From: Enterobacter phage phiEap-1
Length of the DNA stretch: 39,133 bases
Strand: one strand, 5' to 3'
Sequence record: KT321314.1
A program made the position numbers and the translations under genes. The notes beneath the pieces are model-generated. The model saw only the letters and a program-made list of their open reading frames with translations, searched no databases and was not told the origin of the DNA. Within the stretch, counting starts at the first letter, position 1. Every line of letters begins with the position of its first letter. Below, piece after piece: positions 17,151-27,425 of the stretch.

Positions 17151-18758
17151 ATGGCTACTGTAAAACGTACAGGGTTCGGTGAGGAATCCGCAAAGGCTGT
17201 GTACGACCGTTTAAAGAACGACAGGCAACCTTACGAGACCCGTGCAGAGAACTGTGCGCAGTACACGATTCCCTCACTGTTCCCTAAGGACTCCGACAAC
17301 TCCTCTACGGACTACACAACCCCGTGGCAGGCTGTAGGAGCTCGAGGGTTAAACAACCTTGCGTCCAAGCTGATGCTGGCGTTGTTCCCTATGCAATCGT
17401 GGATGAAGTTGACAATCAACGAGTATCAAGCGGAAGCCCTAACAGGTGACCCTGAGGCACTCGCTCAGATTGACAAGGGTCTCTCGAAGGTGGAGCGAAT
17501 CCTGATGAACTTCATCGAAACCAACAGTTACCGTGTGACCATGTTTGAGGCCCTTAAGCAGCTCATCGTGGCAGGTAACGTTCTACTGTACATCCCGGAG
17601 CCTGATGGCCCGTACAACCCACTGAAGCTGTTCCGATTGAACTCCTACGTGGTGCAGCGAGATGCCTACGGGAACATCTTGCAGATTGTCACGCTGGACC
17701 AAATCGCGTTCGGTGCGTTACCTGAAGACCTCCGCTCGGAAGTTGAGAAGTCCGCTGGCGACAAGAAGCCGGATGACCTCGTTGACGTATACACTCATAT
17801 CTACCTTGACGATGAATCTGGAGACTACCTCAAGTACGAGGAAGTCGAAGAGGTTGAAGTCCAAGGGTCAGACGCCAGTTACCCAGCAGATGCCTTACCG
17901 TACATTCCGGTCAGAATGGTTCGCCTTGATGGTGAATCCTATGGTCGTTCTTATGTCGAAGAGTATCTGGGTGACCTGCGTTCCCTTGAGAACCTCCAAG
18001 AGGCCATCGTTAAGTTCGCTATGATTAGCGCCAAGGTTATCGGTCTGGTCAACCCAGCAGGTATTACCCAGCCGCGACGTCTCTCAAAGGCTCAGACTGG
18101 TGATTACGTTCCGGGCCGGAAGACTGACATTGAGTTCCTCCAACTGGAGAAGTCTCAGGACTTTACCGTAGCGAAGAACGTAAGTGACGCCATTGAGGCT
18201 CGCCTCGCGTATGCCTTCATGTTGAACTCAGCAGTGCAGCGTACAGGTGAGCGCGTGACAGCCGAAGAGATTCGGTACGTTGCCAGTGAACTTGAAGCAA
18301 CCTTAGGTGGAGTCTACTCGATTCTGTCACAGGAGCTACAGCTACCGCTGGTCCGTGTACTCCTCAAGCAACTTCAAGCCACCCAGAAGATTCCTGATTT
18401 ACCTCAGGAAGCCGTCGAGCCAGCTATCAGCACAGGTCTCGAAGCTATTGGTCGTGGTCAGGACCTTGAGAAACTCAACCAGTTCGTGCAGGCGCTCGGT
18501 ATGCTGTCTCCGTTGTCTCAGGACCCGGATATCAATATGGCTAACGTTAAGCTTCGTGTGGCTAACGCTATCGGTATCGACACTACGGGCATGCTGATGG
18601 ACGACGACATGAAGAACCAGAAGATGGGCCAAGAGGCTGTACGCGAAGGCGCTATGGCAGCAGCTCAAAGTGCAGGCTCAGGTATGGGTGCTGCGGCTAC
18701 TTCAAGTCCTGAAGCGATGCAAGGAGCGGCTGACCAAGTACAGGCGGCAGCAGGTTAA
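17151..18758 (+). CDS. 8: Head-tail connector (portal) protein
   Basis: Collinear with T7 gp8 as recalled (YERLKNDR.PYETRA.NCAQYTIPSLFPKDSDN.STDY.TPWQAVGARGLNNLASKLMLALFPMQ...). Confidence 0.98.
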   Translation: MATVKRTGFGEESAKAVYDRLKNDRQPYETRAENCAQYTIPSLFPKDSDNSSTDYTTPWQAVGARGLNNLASKLMLALFPMQSWMKLTINEYQAEALTGDPEALAQIDKGLSKVERILMNFIETNSYRVTMFEALKQLIVAGNVLLYIPEPDGPYNPLKLFRLNSYVVQRDAYGNILQIVTLDQIAFGALPEDLRSEVEKSAGDKKPDDLVDVYTHIYLDDESGDYLKYEEVEEVEVQGSDASYPADALPYIPVRMVRLDGESYGRSYVEEYLGDLRSLENLQEAIVKFAMISAKVIGLVNPAGITQPRRLSKAQTGDYVPGRKTDIEFLQLEKSQDFTVAKNVSDAIEARLAYAFMLNSAVQRTGERVTAEEIRYVASELEATLGGVYSILSQELQLPLVRVLLKQLQATQKIPDLPQEAVEPAISTGLEAIGRGQDLEKLNQFVQALGMLSPLSQDPDINMANVKLRVANAIGIDTTGMLMDDDMKNQKMGQEAVREGAMAAAQSAGSGMGAAATSSPEAMQGAADQVQAAAG

Positions 18759-18759
18759 G

Positions 18760-18782
18760 GCAATACCCTCACTATAGGGAGA
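18760..18782 (+). promoter_or_regulatory. Phage-RNAP promoter, full consensus (phi9-like): gcaataccctcactatagggaga
   Basis: Perfect match to the genome consensus, immediately after the gene 8 stop. Confidence 0.7.
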
Positions 18783-18885
18783 GATGGAACACTACGTTTG
18801 GCGGTTACCAATTTATGATTGGGCATCTGGCTGCCGAGGCTTGGCGTAGTGGTGCCCTTTAGTCTATAACAATATGGAGAACAAT

Positions 18886-19812
18886 ATGTCCGGTGAATCT
18901 AACGCTGACGTTTATGCGTCTTTTGGTGTGAACTCTGCTGTCGTGACTGGAGGTAATCCGGTAGAGCACGAGCAGAACATGGTTGCGTTGAACGTAGAGA
19001 CTCGTGATGGTGATGACCTGATTGAATCCCACGAGGAGCAACCTGAAGACCTGTACAACATCGAGGACAAGTTCGCTGACGAACAAGACCCGAACCGTAT
19101 GCAGGTCCGTATCGGCGAAGAGGCTTCTGAGGATGCCAACGCTGAAGAAGGTGCGGGTGAGGAAGAACCGAGCGAAGACAGCGAGACTCCTGAGGAGTTC
19201 GTGCCGCTTGGTGATGCCCCCGCAGACCTGACGGAAGTCACTAAGCAAATCACAGAGCACGAGCAGGGATTCCAAGAGATGGTGGCAGACGCCATCAACC
19301 GTGGGATGTCTCAAGAGGACCTAGCGACTATCGAAGCGGAATACGCTGGCGATGGTATTAGCGATGCGTCCTACGAGAAGTTGAAAGCCATTGGTTACTC
19401 CAAGGCGTTCGTTGACTCGTACATGCGCGGTCAAGAGGCACTGGTCAACCAGTATGTCGCTCAGGCCAAAGCGTACGCAGGCGGTGAGGAGCGCTTCAAC
19501 GCTCTCCATGCGCACCTGAAGTCAACCAACCCGGAGGCCGCAAGTGCCCTTGAGACAGCTTTCGGTAACCGTGATTTGGGTACCATGAAGGCAATCATCA
19601 ATCTGGCTGGCTCCTCGTTCACCAAGAAGTTCGGCAAACCTGCTGAGCGTTCAGTGACCAAGCGTGCCATTCCGGTGAAACCTCAAGCCGCCAAAGCGGA
19701 AGGCTTCCAGACTCGTGACGAAATGATTAAGGCAATGTCCGATAGTCGTTACCGTTCCGACGCTGCGTACCGCCGTGAGGTTGAACAGAAGGTAATCAAT
19801 TCGGCCTTCTAA
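18886..19812 (+). CDS. 9: Capsid assembly (scaffolding) protein
   Basis: ESNADVYASFGVNSAV...EHEQNM.AL and the C-terminal RREVEQKVI.S.F match T7 gp9. Acidic central region. Start placed at ATG 18886 (GGAGA RBS), not 18874. Confidence 0.95.
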   Translation: MSGESNADVYASFGVNSAVVTGGNPVEHEQNMVALNVETRDGDDLIESHEEQPEDLYNIEDKFADEQDPNRMQVRIGEEASEDANAEEGAGEEEPSEDSETPEEFVPLGDAPADLTEVTKQITEHEQGFQEMVADAINRGMSQEDLATIEAEYAGDGISDASYEKLKAIGYSKAFVDSYMRGQEALVNQYVAQAKAYAGGEERFNALHAHLKSTNPEAASALETAFGNRDLGTMKAIINLAGSSFTKKFGKPAERSVTKRAIPVKPQAAKAEGFQTRDEMIKAMSDSRYRSDAAYRREVEQKVINSAF

Positions 19813-19814
19813 GA

Positions 19815-19837
19815 GCAATACCCTCACTATAGGGAGA
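19815..19837 (+). promoter_or_regulatory. Phage-RNAP promoter, full consensus (phi10-like), with a conserved 5' leader stem-loop GGGAGAC...GTTTCCC
   Basis: Consensus promoter. The transcript 5' end can form the same GGGAGA/UUUCCC stem as the T7 gene 10 leader. Confidence 0.7.
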
Positions 19838-19936
19838 CTGAAAGGAAGTTTCCCTTTAGTTACACATTGAGAACCAACTCGATTCAAGTAGTAACATACA
19901 CCTTTATCTTTAATTCATGAATAGGAGATTTACATT

Positions 19937-20977
19937 ATGGCAGATATGAAAGGCGGTCAGCAGATTGGTACTAACCAAGGTAAAGGCCAGAGCGCAGCAG
20001 ACAAACTGGCGTTGTTCCTTAAAGTGTTCGGTGGTGAAGTCCTGACCGCGTTCGCTCGTACCTCTGTGACCACTAACCGTCACATGATTCGTTCCATCGC
20101 TAACGGTAAGTCCGCACAGTTCCCGGTTCTGGGCCGCACCAAGGCAGCTTACTTGCAGCCGGGTCAGTCTCTGGATGACAAACGTAAAGATATCAAGCAC
20201 ACTGAGAAGACCATCAACATCGATGGCCTGCTGACTGCTGACGTTCTGATTTACGACATCGAAGACGCAATGAACCACTATGACGTTCGTGCAGAGTACA
20301 CTGCTCAGCTCGGTGAGTCTCTGGCAATGGCGTCTGATGGTGCTGTTCTGGCTGAGCTGGCTGGTCTGGTTAACCTGCCGACCACCACTGACGAGAACAT
20401 CGCGGGTCTGGGTAAACCGTCCCTGCTGACCCTGCCGACTATCACCGCAGCTACCTCTGTGACTGACGTTGAGAAGTACGGTCAGGAAATCATCGCGATG
20501 CTGACCCAGGCTCGTGCGAAGTTCACCAAGAACTACGTTCCGGCTTCTGACCGTACCTTCTACTGCACCCCGGAAGCGTACTCTGCGATTCTGGCTGCAC
20601 TGATGCCGAACGCTGCAAACTATGCGGCTCTGATTGACCCTGAGCGCGGTTCTATCCGTAACGTTATGGGCTTCGAAGTTGTAGAGGTTCCGCACCTGAC
20701 TGCTGGCGGCGCTGGCGATGACCGTGAAGACGAGACCACCAACCAGAAGCACTCCTTCCCGGCAACTGGCAACGTCAACGTTGATAACGTGGTTGGTGTA
20801 TTCCAGCACCGTTCCGCCGTTGGTACCGTTAAGCTGAAAGACCTTGCGCTGGAGCGTGCGCGTCGTCCTGAGTATCAGGCTGACCAGATTATCGCTAAGT
20901 ACGCTATGGGTCACGGTCAGCTCCGCCCGGAAGCGGCTGGTGCAGTAGTTTTCAAAGCGGCAGCATCGGGGGAGTAA
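19937..20977 (+). CDS. 10: Major capsid protein 10A (346 aa)
   Basis: Collinear with T7 gp10A (M..MKGGQQIGTNQGKG...DKLALFLKVFGGEVLTAFARTSVTT.RHM.RSI..GKSAQFPVLGRT). Confidence 0.98.
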   Translation: MADMKGGQQIGTNQGKGQSAADKLALFLKVFGGEVLTAFARTSVTTNRHMIRSIANGKSAQFPVLGRTKAAYLQPGQSLDDKRKDIKHTEKTINIDGLLTADVLIYDIEDAMNHYDVRAEYTAQLGESLAMASDGAVLAELAGLVNLPTTTDENIAGLGKPSLLTLPTITAATSVTDVEKYGQEIIAMLTQARAKFTKNYVPASDRTFYCTPEAYSAILAALMPNAANYAALIDPERGSIRNVMGFEVVEVPHLTAGGAGDDREDETTNQKHSFPATGNVNVDNVVGVFQHRSAVGTVKLKDLALERARRPEYQADQIIAKYAMGHGQLRPEAAGAVVFKAAASGE

Positions 20978-21087
20978 CACTCAGCCAGCCGACTGTTGCC
21001 ACCCTTAGTGTTGACTTAACGCCAGCACAAAAGGCTGCACAAACACGTGCTCGTAATCGTGCGCTCAAAGCTGCACAATCGGAGTAA
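20946..21087 (+). other. 10B: Predicted -1 ribosomal frameshift site (A GTT TTC) and 44-codon 10B extension (minor capsid protein, ~383 aa)
   Basis: A heptamer equivalent to T7's G GTT TTC lies 9 codons before the 10A stop. The -1 frame is open to TAA at 21085-21087 and encodes QSGSIGGVTLSQPTVATLSVDLTPAQKAAQTRARNRALKAAQSE, which resembles the T7 10B tail (LTPAQEAARTRAANKAR...). Confidence 0.6.
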
Positions 21088-21096
21088 CGTTTAGCC

Positions 21097-21134
21097 AAAC
21101 CCCATGGGGCCTTCGGGTCTTGTGGGGTTTTTTG
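21097..21134 (+). terminator. T-phi-like terminator for phage RNAP (also intrinsic-terminator-like)
   Basis: aaccccatggggccttcgggtcttgtggggttttttg is a GC hairpin plus a U-run, strongly similar to T7 T-phi, located after gene 10 as in T7. Confidence 0.85.
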
Positions 21135-21151
21135 CTTTAGGAGATAACCAA

Positions 21152-21730
21152 ATGTCTAACCTTCCGTTTACCGGGGAACTCGACGCCATTAACGAAATGT
21201 TAGCGGCGATCGGGGAAGCCCCTGTTGTAACGTTGGATGATGAGAATAACGTAGACGTGGCTAACGCTAGACGAATCCTCAATAAGATTAACCGACAGAT
21301 TCAATCGAGAGTCTGGACGTTCAACCTTGAGGAAGGCGCAACGTTAACCCCGGACACTATCACCAAGTTAATCCCGTACAGTCCAGACTACCTGTCCCTA
21401 ATGAATAACGGCGGGGCAAGCGTATACGTTAACCGTCAGGGTTGGGTGTATGATAAGTCCGCCAATAGTGACCAATTTGATGGGCCGATTGCGGTGGACA
21501 TCGTGAGACTCAAAGATTACAACGAGATGCCTGAATGCTTCCGCTCTTGGATTGTCGCTCGGGCAAGCCGCCAGTTTAACTCTCGGTTCTTCGGTGCTGA
21601 GGATGTTGCACAGGACCTCGCAGAAGAGGAACAGGACGCCGCTATGCGTTGCTTCGAGTACGAGCTGGACTACGGCAAGTATAACATGTTGGACGGTGAC
21701 GCCTTCGTTGGTGGTCTACTGAGCCGATAA
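21152..21730 (+). CDS. 11: Tail tubular protein A
   Basis: [53 protein letters not shown] and YNMLDGDAF match T7 gp11. Start is ATG 21152 (AGGAG 8 nt upstream). Confidence 0.95.
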   Translation: MSNLPFTGELDAINEMLAAIGEAPVVTLDDENNVDVANARRILNKINRQIQSRVWTFNLEEGATLTPDTITKLIPYSPDYLSLMNNGGASVYVNRQGWVYDKSANSDQFDGPIAVDIVRLKDYNEMPECFRSWIVARASRQFNSRFFGAEDVAQDLAEEEQDAAMRCFEYELDYGKYNMLDGDAFVGGLLSR

Positions 21731-21747
21731 TTCATAAGGAGGACCTA

Positions 21748-24108
21748 ATGGCCCTTGTAAGCCAAAGCATTAAGAATCTGAAGGGTGGCATCAGTCAACA
21801 GCCAGATATCCTTCGGTACCCGGACCAAGGGGAAGCCCAAGTCAATGGGTGGTCCTCCGAGACTAACGGTCTACAGAAGCGAGTACCTACTGTCATTGAG
21901 CGAGTAGTTTCCAGCGCGGGTGACCTAGGACCAGCACCATTCATCCACCTGATTAACCGAGACGAGAGCGAGCAATATTACGCTGTGTTCACTGGTAGTC
22001 GCATCCGTGTGTTCGAGCTAGATGGGACCGAGCGGCAAGTCCGTGGTTCCTTCGACTACGTGATGACTGGCAACCCTCGGAACGACCTTCGGATGATTAC
22101 GGTGGCGGACTATACGTTCATCGTTAATAAGTCCGTAGAGGTCCGAGAGAATCGTGGCGACCTGTCCAACGGTGGCACCTTCAAGGACAACAAGACGGCC
22201 CTCATCAATGTGCGTGGTGGTCAGTACGGTAAGCTACTCAAGGTCAACCTCAACGGTACTTGGGTGGAGCATCAACTCCCTGATGGTTCGGACCCGAAGC
22301 AGTCCCCTCAGACTGACGCTCAGAACATTGCGGCAGCACTGAAAGACAAACTTGCAGCAGCATTCCCATCGTGGTCATTCAGTGTTGGCACCGGGTTCGT
22401 GTACATTGAGGCACCTTCCGATGCTACCATTGACATCTTACAGACCGCTGATGGTTACGCTGACCAGCTAATCAGTCCTGTGACCCACTACGTCCAGACG
22501 TTCTCTAAGTTGCCTCTGAATGCACCCAACGACTACATCGTCAAGATTGTCGGGGATACCTCAAAGTCTGCTGACCAGTATTACGTCAAGTACGACGAGA
22601 AACAGAAGGTCTGGAAGGAAACCATCGGATGGAACGTACCGACTATGATTGTGTACGAGACGATGCCCTACACGTTGGTACGAGCGGCTGACGGTGAGTT
22701 TGACTTCGGGGCCCACAAGTGGGAGCCACGTAAGGCAGGCGATGAGGACACCAGCCCGATGCCATCGTTCGTTGGTAGTAAGATTACTGATGTCTTCTTC
22801 TGGCGGAACCGCTTAGGATTCCTTAGTGGCGAGAACGTGGTGTTGTCCCGTACTGGTAAATACTTTGACTTCTTCCCACCGTCTGTGGCTAACCTGAGCG
22901 ACGATGACCCGATTGACGTGTCTATTAGCCACAACCGTGTGTCTATCCTTAAGTACGCCGTACCGTTTGCTGAGGAGCTCCTGCTGTGGTCCGATGAGGC
23001 TCAGTTCGTTATGAACGCTGCCGGGGTACTCTCTGCGAAGTCCGTAGAGTTGAACCTGACGACTCAGTTCGATGTTCAAGACGGAGCGAGACCTTATGGC
23101 ATCGGTCGGAATATCTACTTCAGCGCTAAGCGAGCGACCTATAGTTCAATCTATCGGTACTACGCTGTAGGCGATGTAAGTGAGGTTAAGAACGCCGAGG
23201 ACATCACAGCGCACGTCCCTGAGTATGTACCCAATGGGGTCTTCAGCATCAACGGCTCTGGTGTTGAGAACTACGCCTCAGTGTTGACAACTGGTGCAAA
23301 GAACCGAGTGTACATCTACAAGTTCCTTTACGTTGACGAGCAGATTGCTCAGCGCTCTTGGAGTCATTGGGAATTCCCTTCGGACGTCGAAGTGTTGGCA
23401 GCAGATTGTATAGGGTCCACGATGCACCTCATTATGCGTAACGGTTCGCAGGCTTGGGTTGCCAGAGCGGAGTTCACAGAGGACACTCTGGATGTAGACG
23501 GTGAGCCTTACCGTGTCCACTTGGACCTGAAGAAGACCTACTGGATTCCTCAGGGTAAGTTCAACATGGACACCAACCTGACGACCATCCAGTTAGCTGA
23601 GGTGTACGGCATCGCGTTTCCTGACGGAATCAAGGTAACCGTAGTGGAGCCTGACGGACGACTGACAGAGTTCACCACAGGTGAACCTATCGAGTTCGTA
23701 GGTGACGTTACAGAGCGTCTGATTATCATCGGGCTGAACTATTCGTTCCGTTATGAGTTCTCTAAGTTGCTCATTAAGAAGACCGACCAAGATGGCTCAA
23801 CGTCCACAGAGGACAGCGGCAGGTTACAGCTTCGCCGCGCTTGGGTGAACTATAAGGACTCTGGTCAGTTCTTCGTCCACGTTGACAACGGTAGCCGAGT
23901 GTTCACTTATAACGCTGGTTACGGGAAGGTAGGTACCGTTAGTGTGACCTTGGGTAAACCAGTGCTCCGTGACGGTCAATACAAGTTCCCGGTAGCAGGT
24001 AACGCTCTGCGTAACGCAGTGACCATCGAGTCTTCCGCTCCGACCCCTTTAAGTATCATTGGGGCAGGTTGGGAAGGTAATTACGCTCGGAAATCTTCGG
24101 GCATCTAA
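21748..24108 (+). CDS. 12: Tail tubular protein B
   Basis: MAL.SQSIKNLKGGISQQPDILRYPDQG and a C-terminal GWEGNY.R.SSGI match T7 gp12. Confidence 0.97.
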   Translation: MALVSQSIKNLKGGISQQPDILRYPDQGEAQVNGWSSETNGLQKRVPTVIERVVSSAGDLGPAPFIHLINRDESEQYYAVFTGSRIRVFELDGTERQVRGSFDYVMTGNPRNDLRMITVADYTFIVNKSVEVRENRGDLSNGGTFKDNKTALINVRGGQYGKLLKVNLNGTWVEHQLPDGSDPKQSPQTDAQNIAAALKDKLAAAFPSWSFSVGTGFVYIEAPSDATIDILQTADGYADQLISPVTHYVQTFSKLPLNAPNDYIVKIVGDTSKSADQYYVKYDEKQKVWKETIGWNVPTMIVYETMPYTLVRAADGEFDFGAHKWEPRKAGDEDTSPMPSFVGSKITDVFFWRNRLGFLSGENVVLSRTGKYFDFFPPSVANLSDDDPIDVSISHNRVSILKYAVPFAEELLLWSDEAQFVMNAAGVLSAKSVELNLTTQFDVQDGARPYGIGRNIYFSAKRATYSSIYRYYAVGDVSEVKNAEDITAHVPEYVPNGVFSINGSGVENYASVLTTGAKNRVYIYKFLYVDEQIAQRSWSHWEFPSDVEVLAADCIGSTMHLIMRNGSQAWVARAEFTEDTLDVDGEPYRVHLDLKKTYWIPQGKFNMDTNLTTIQLAEVYGIAFPDGIKVTVVEPDGRLTEFTTGEPIEFVGDVTERLIIIGLNYSFRYEFSKLLIKKTDQDGSTSTEDSGRLQLRRAWVNYKDSGQFFVHVDNGSRVFTYNAGYGKVGTVSVTLGKPVLRDGQYKFPVAGNALRNAVTIESSAPTPLSIIGAGWEGNYARKSSGI

Positions 24109-24140
24109 CGTTAGGAAACCCTATGGTGAGCGGATATACA

Positions 24141-24163
24141 GCTTTACCCTCACTATAGGGGAG
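24141..24163 (+). promoter_or_regulatory. Phage-RNAP promoter (phi13-like): gctttaccctcactataggggag
   Basis: Consensus core with a divergent -17 to -13. Confidence 0.6.
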
Positions 24164-24196
24164 CCTAAATGAAAACCTAAGAGAGGTTACTTTAAG

Positions 24197-24607
24197 ATGT
24201 ACATTAGGAAAACTATCAGTAATGACTTTGAGTTATTCACCCCGGCCTACCATGACCTACTTGAAGCAAAGGCTATGGGGATTGAACCATCGTTCCCTGA
24301 GGCATCCGAGTGTGTCACGTTAGACCACGGTGGTTTCCCTCTGGCGATTGGTGGTAATCAGGGTGACCAAGTGTGGTTCGTGACGAGCGACCAAGTGTGG
24401 CGACTTAATAGAGCACTGAAGGTTAGATTCCACAGGACTATCTGCGAGTATCGCGATAAGATGCTGGAGTCGTACCCTGTGTTATGGAACTTCGTCTATG
24501 TAGGTAACACCCCACACATTAGGTTCCTTAAGTCCATCGGTGCGGTATTCCATGAGGAGTACACACGGGATGGTCAATTCCAATTATTCACAATCACTAG
24601 GAGGTAA
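24197..24607 (+). CDS. 13: Internal virion protein A
   Basis: Position and size match T7 gp13. RBS is AGAGAGG. Confidence 0.85.
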   Translation: MYIRKTISNDFELFTPAYHDLLEAKAMGIEPSFPEASECVTLDHGGFPLAIGGNQGDQVWFVTSDQVWRLNRALKVRFHRTICEYRDKMLESYPVLWNFVYVGNTPHIRFLKSIGAVFHEEYTRDGQFQLFTITRR

Positions 24608-24609
24608 CT

Positions 24610-25158
24610 ATGTGCTGGATGGTGGCAATCCCGATGGCTATCGCAGCCGCTGGGTCCCTCATGAAGTCCAACTCTGAGAACAAAGCTATCGGTGCTCAAA
24701 ACGATGCCATGCGTCGCCAATCCATGGAGCAACTGAAGGCAACCAACATTGCCAACGCTGACGACACCCTCAAGGCCCGAGCGGCTCTTGAGGACGCTTC
24801 AAGTGAACTATCGACCCGCAACCTCAACAAGGTACAGGCGATGGGTACGCTACGGGCGGCAATCGGTGAGTCTGGTCTCGAAGGTAACTCAATGAACCGA
24901 ATCAGCCGGGTAACCGAAGGTCAATACATTCGGGAAGCCAATAGCGTGACCGAGAGTTACAACCGAGACTACGCAAGCATCTTCGCTGGTCAGGTAGGGC
25001 GTACCGAGTCCACCAAGTCTCAGATTGAGGCAAGCAACAAGGGTGAACTCAAAGGTAAGTCGGGTATCGAAACGGCACTTGATGCAGGACTGTCGGCTGG
25101 CTCTGCGTGGGCTGGTAGCTCAGCTTCAGGTGGTCTATTAGCCAAGGGAGGTAAGTAA
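24610..25158 (+). CDS. 14: Internal virion protein B
   Basis: MCW...AIP.AI..A...; KVQA.G..RAAIGES.LEG.SM.RI.RVTEGQ.IREAN.VTE.Y.RDY matches T7 gp14. Confidence 0.95.
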   Translation: MCWMVAIPMAIAAAGSLMKSNSENKAIGAQNDAMRRQSMEQLKATNIANADDTLKARAALEDASSELSTRNLNKVQAMGTLRAAIGESGLEGNSMNRISRVTEGQYIREANSVTESYNRDYASIFAGQVGRTESTKSQIEASNKGELKGKSGIETALDAGLSAGSAWAGSSASGGLLAKGGK

Positions 25159-27398
25159 TGGCAAGTAAAGTTTATAGCGCTTTAGGTAACATGGCGACTC
25201 CCGGAATGTCTCGACTGAGGGGCTTCCAAGGGCAAGGCTATCAGGCCGCTACGGTCAAACCTGAAGACACCCGTCAGTGGGATGGCATCATGCGATTCGC
25301 TGAGCTGGCTGGTGACGTTTATCAAAAGGTAGACCAGCAGAACAAGGACAAGGCCGATGAGCGGTCCAACGAGATTATCCGTAAGTTGACTCCTGAGCAA
25401 CGTCGAGAGGCCATTAAGAATGGTACCCTGCTGTATCAGGATGACCCTTACGCGATGCAGGCGTTACGCTTTAAGACTGGTCGCAATGCGGCCTTCCAGA
25501 TTGATGATGACGTCATGCAGAAGGTTCGCGAGGGACAGTTCCGTAGCCGCCAAGAGCTCGATGAGTATCGCCACTCCCGGTTACAGGAAGGGGCCAAGAA
25601 GTTCGCTGAGGAGTTCGGTCTTAACGAGGCCGATGAAGACTTCCAGCGTGGATTCAACGATAACATCACCGAGCGTAACATCTCGCTGTACGGTACCCAC
25701 GATGCGTTCCTGAGCGACCAAGCCCAGAAGGGTGCCTTAGTGAACGCCAAGGTGGAACTCAACGGCGTCCTAAATGACCCGGATATCCTCAGGTCTCCTG
25801 ATGGTGCTGAGTTCTTCCAGAAGTATATCGACAACGGTCGCATCACTGGCTCCATTCCGTCAGACGCTCAGGTCTCACAGTTAATCTCTGCGTCTCTTCA
25901 GGACGTGGTACAACGTGAGGGTGGCGCTCAGTTCCTGATGAACCTTGAAGATAAGAAGGTGACCCTTAACGGGACCACTAGTACCTTCAGGGAACTTCTG
26001 GGTGACGAACAGTGGAACATGATGAAGGTGAATGCTCAGCATACCGAGTTCACCCTCAACGCTAAGCGATTCGAGAAGTTCTCCTTGGGTATCAACAATG
26101 CGTTGAACCAAGCGGACCCATCGAAGGGCTGGGAGCAACTTCAGGCAATCAAGGAGCAACTCGACGGTATCCAACCGGGCGAGGAGATGACCCCAGAGCG
26201 CCAGCAGTTAATCAACGCTCAGCAGCAGCTCCAGAACGTATTCGCTCAGAAGTCAGCAGCTACCGCTAAGGAGCTGGACAAGCAACAGAAGACCATGAAC
26301 AAGCAACAGGTCATCGAGCAGCAATTCAACAAGCGCCTCTCTGGGGAATACGTCTCCACTGCGTTTGCCGATATGCCAACCAATGAGAACACTGGTGAGT
26401 TCACCCATAGTGATATGGTCAACTTTGCGAACAACAAGTTGCAGCAGATTGAGCAGATGGACCTTACGGATGAACAGAAGGACGCCATGAAGTTGAAGTA
26501 CCTTCGGGCAGACTCTAAGGATGGTGCCTTCCGTACCGCTGTGGGCCAGATGGTCTCTGACGCTGGTAACGAATGGGCCGCTGCGATTATCAACGGGAAA
26601 CTCCCTGAGAGCACCGTAGCGATGGACAACCTTCGACGTCTTCGCAATACCGACCCAGACCTTGTAGCAGCGCTGTATCCTGACAAGGCTGACCTCTTCG
26701 TGACCATGGATATGATGGATAAGATGGGCGTCAACCCTCAGATGCTCATTGATGGTGAGAAGTATCGCCGGACGATGACCAAAGAGATGCAGTACGAGGA
26801 CGATAAGTCTTGGGCTTCCCTGAAGAACAACTCTGAGTCCCCCGAGCTATCCCGGTTGCCGTCAAGTCTGGACGCTATGGCGCGTAAGGTTTACGACGCT
26901 GTGAAGTACCAGACAGGTAACGCTGACATGGCGATGCAGCAGGTCGATAAGTTCCTCAAGGACTCCACCACGACTTTCACTTCTGATGACGTGGACGGTA
27001 GCACCATCGGTGTTCTTCCGAAGAGTTCCCTACAGGTCACCGACGACCCGAAGAGCTGGGAGCAAGGTCGTGATATTCTGGACGCTGCTCGTAAGGGTAT
27101 CATTCAGACCAACCCTTGGATTACCAATAAGCAGCTTACTGTTGTCCAATCGGGAAATGGGTTCCGAATGATTGACACCACTGGTAACGTCAATATCTAC
27201 TACGATAACGACATCCTTCGCCGTGAGTATCAACGTACCACCCAAGCAGCCGAGCAGAAGGCGCGAGATGAGGCCATTAAGAATGCCAATAAGAGAGCAC
27301 CTATCGCAGCCGCTACGAAGGCACGAGAGGCCGCTGGCGAGCGTGTGAGAGCCAAGAAGAAGACCGTACCGAAGTTCATCTACGGAGGCGGTGAGTAA
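25158..27398 (+). CDS. 15: Internal virion protein C
   Basis: Size (746 aa) and position match T7 gp15. TAATG overlap with gene 14. Confidence 0.93.
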   Translation: MASKVYSALGNMATPGMSRLRGFQGQGYQAATVKPEDTRQWDGIMRFAELAGDVYQKVDQQNKDKADERSNEIIRKLTPEQRREAIKNGTLLYQDDPYAMQALRFKTGRNAAFQIDDDVMQKVREGQFRSRQELDEYRHSRLQEGAKKFAEEFGLNEADEDFQRGFNDNITERNISLYGTHDAFLSDQAQKGALVNAKVELNGVLNDPDILRSPDGAEFFQKYIDNGRITGSIPSDAQVSQLISASLQDVVQREGGAQFLMNLEDKKVTLNGTTSTFRELLGDEQWNMMKVNAQHTEFTLNAKRFEKFSLGINNALNQADPSKGWEQLQAIKEQLDGIQPGEEMTPERQQLINAQQQLQNVFAQKSAATAKELDKQQKTMNKQQVIEQQFNKRLSGEYVSTAFADMPTNENTGEFTHSDMVNFANNKLQQIEQMDLTDEQKDAMKLKYLRADSKDGAFRTAVGQMVSDAGNEWAAAIINGKLPESTVAMDNLRRLRNTDPDLVAALYPDKADLFVTMDMMDKMGVNPQMLIDGEKYRRTMTKEMQYEDDKSWASLKNNSESPELSRLPSSLDAMARKVYDAVKYQTGNADMAMQQVDKFLKDSTTTFTSDDVDGSTIGVLPKSSLQVTDDPKSWEQGRDILDAARKGIIQTNPWITNKQLTVVQSGNGFRMIDTTGNVNIYYDNDILRREYQRTTQAAEQKARDEAIKNANKRAPIAAATKAREAAGERVRAKKKTVPKFIYGGGE

Positions 27399-27425
27399 CG
27401 CTAACAGAAACCATAAGGAGGCCAC

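Noticed and set aside
19910-20980. 356-aa ORF on the minus strand covering the whole capsid gene
   Set aside because: It is exactly antisense to the highly expressed gene 10, whose strongly biased codon usage keeps the complementary frame open. All bona fide genes in T7-like phages are on one strand. No RBS or promoter is present.
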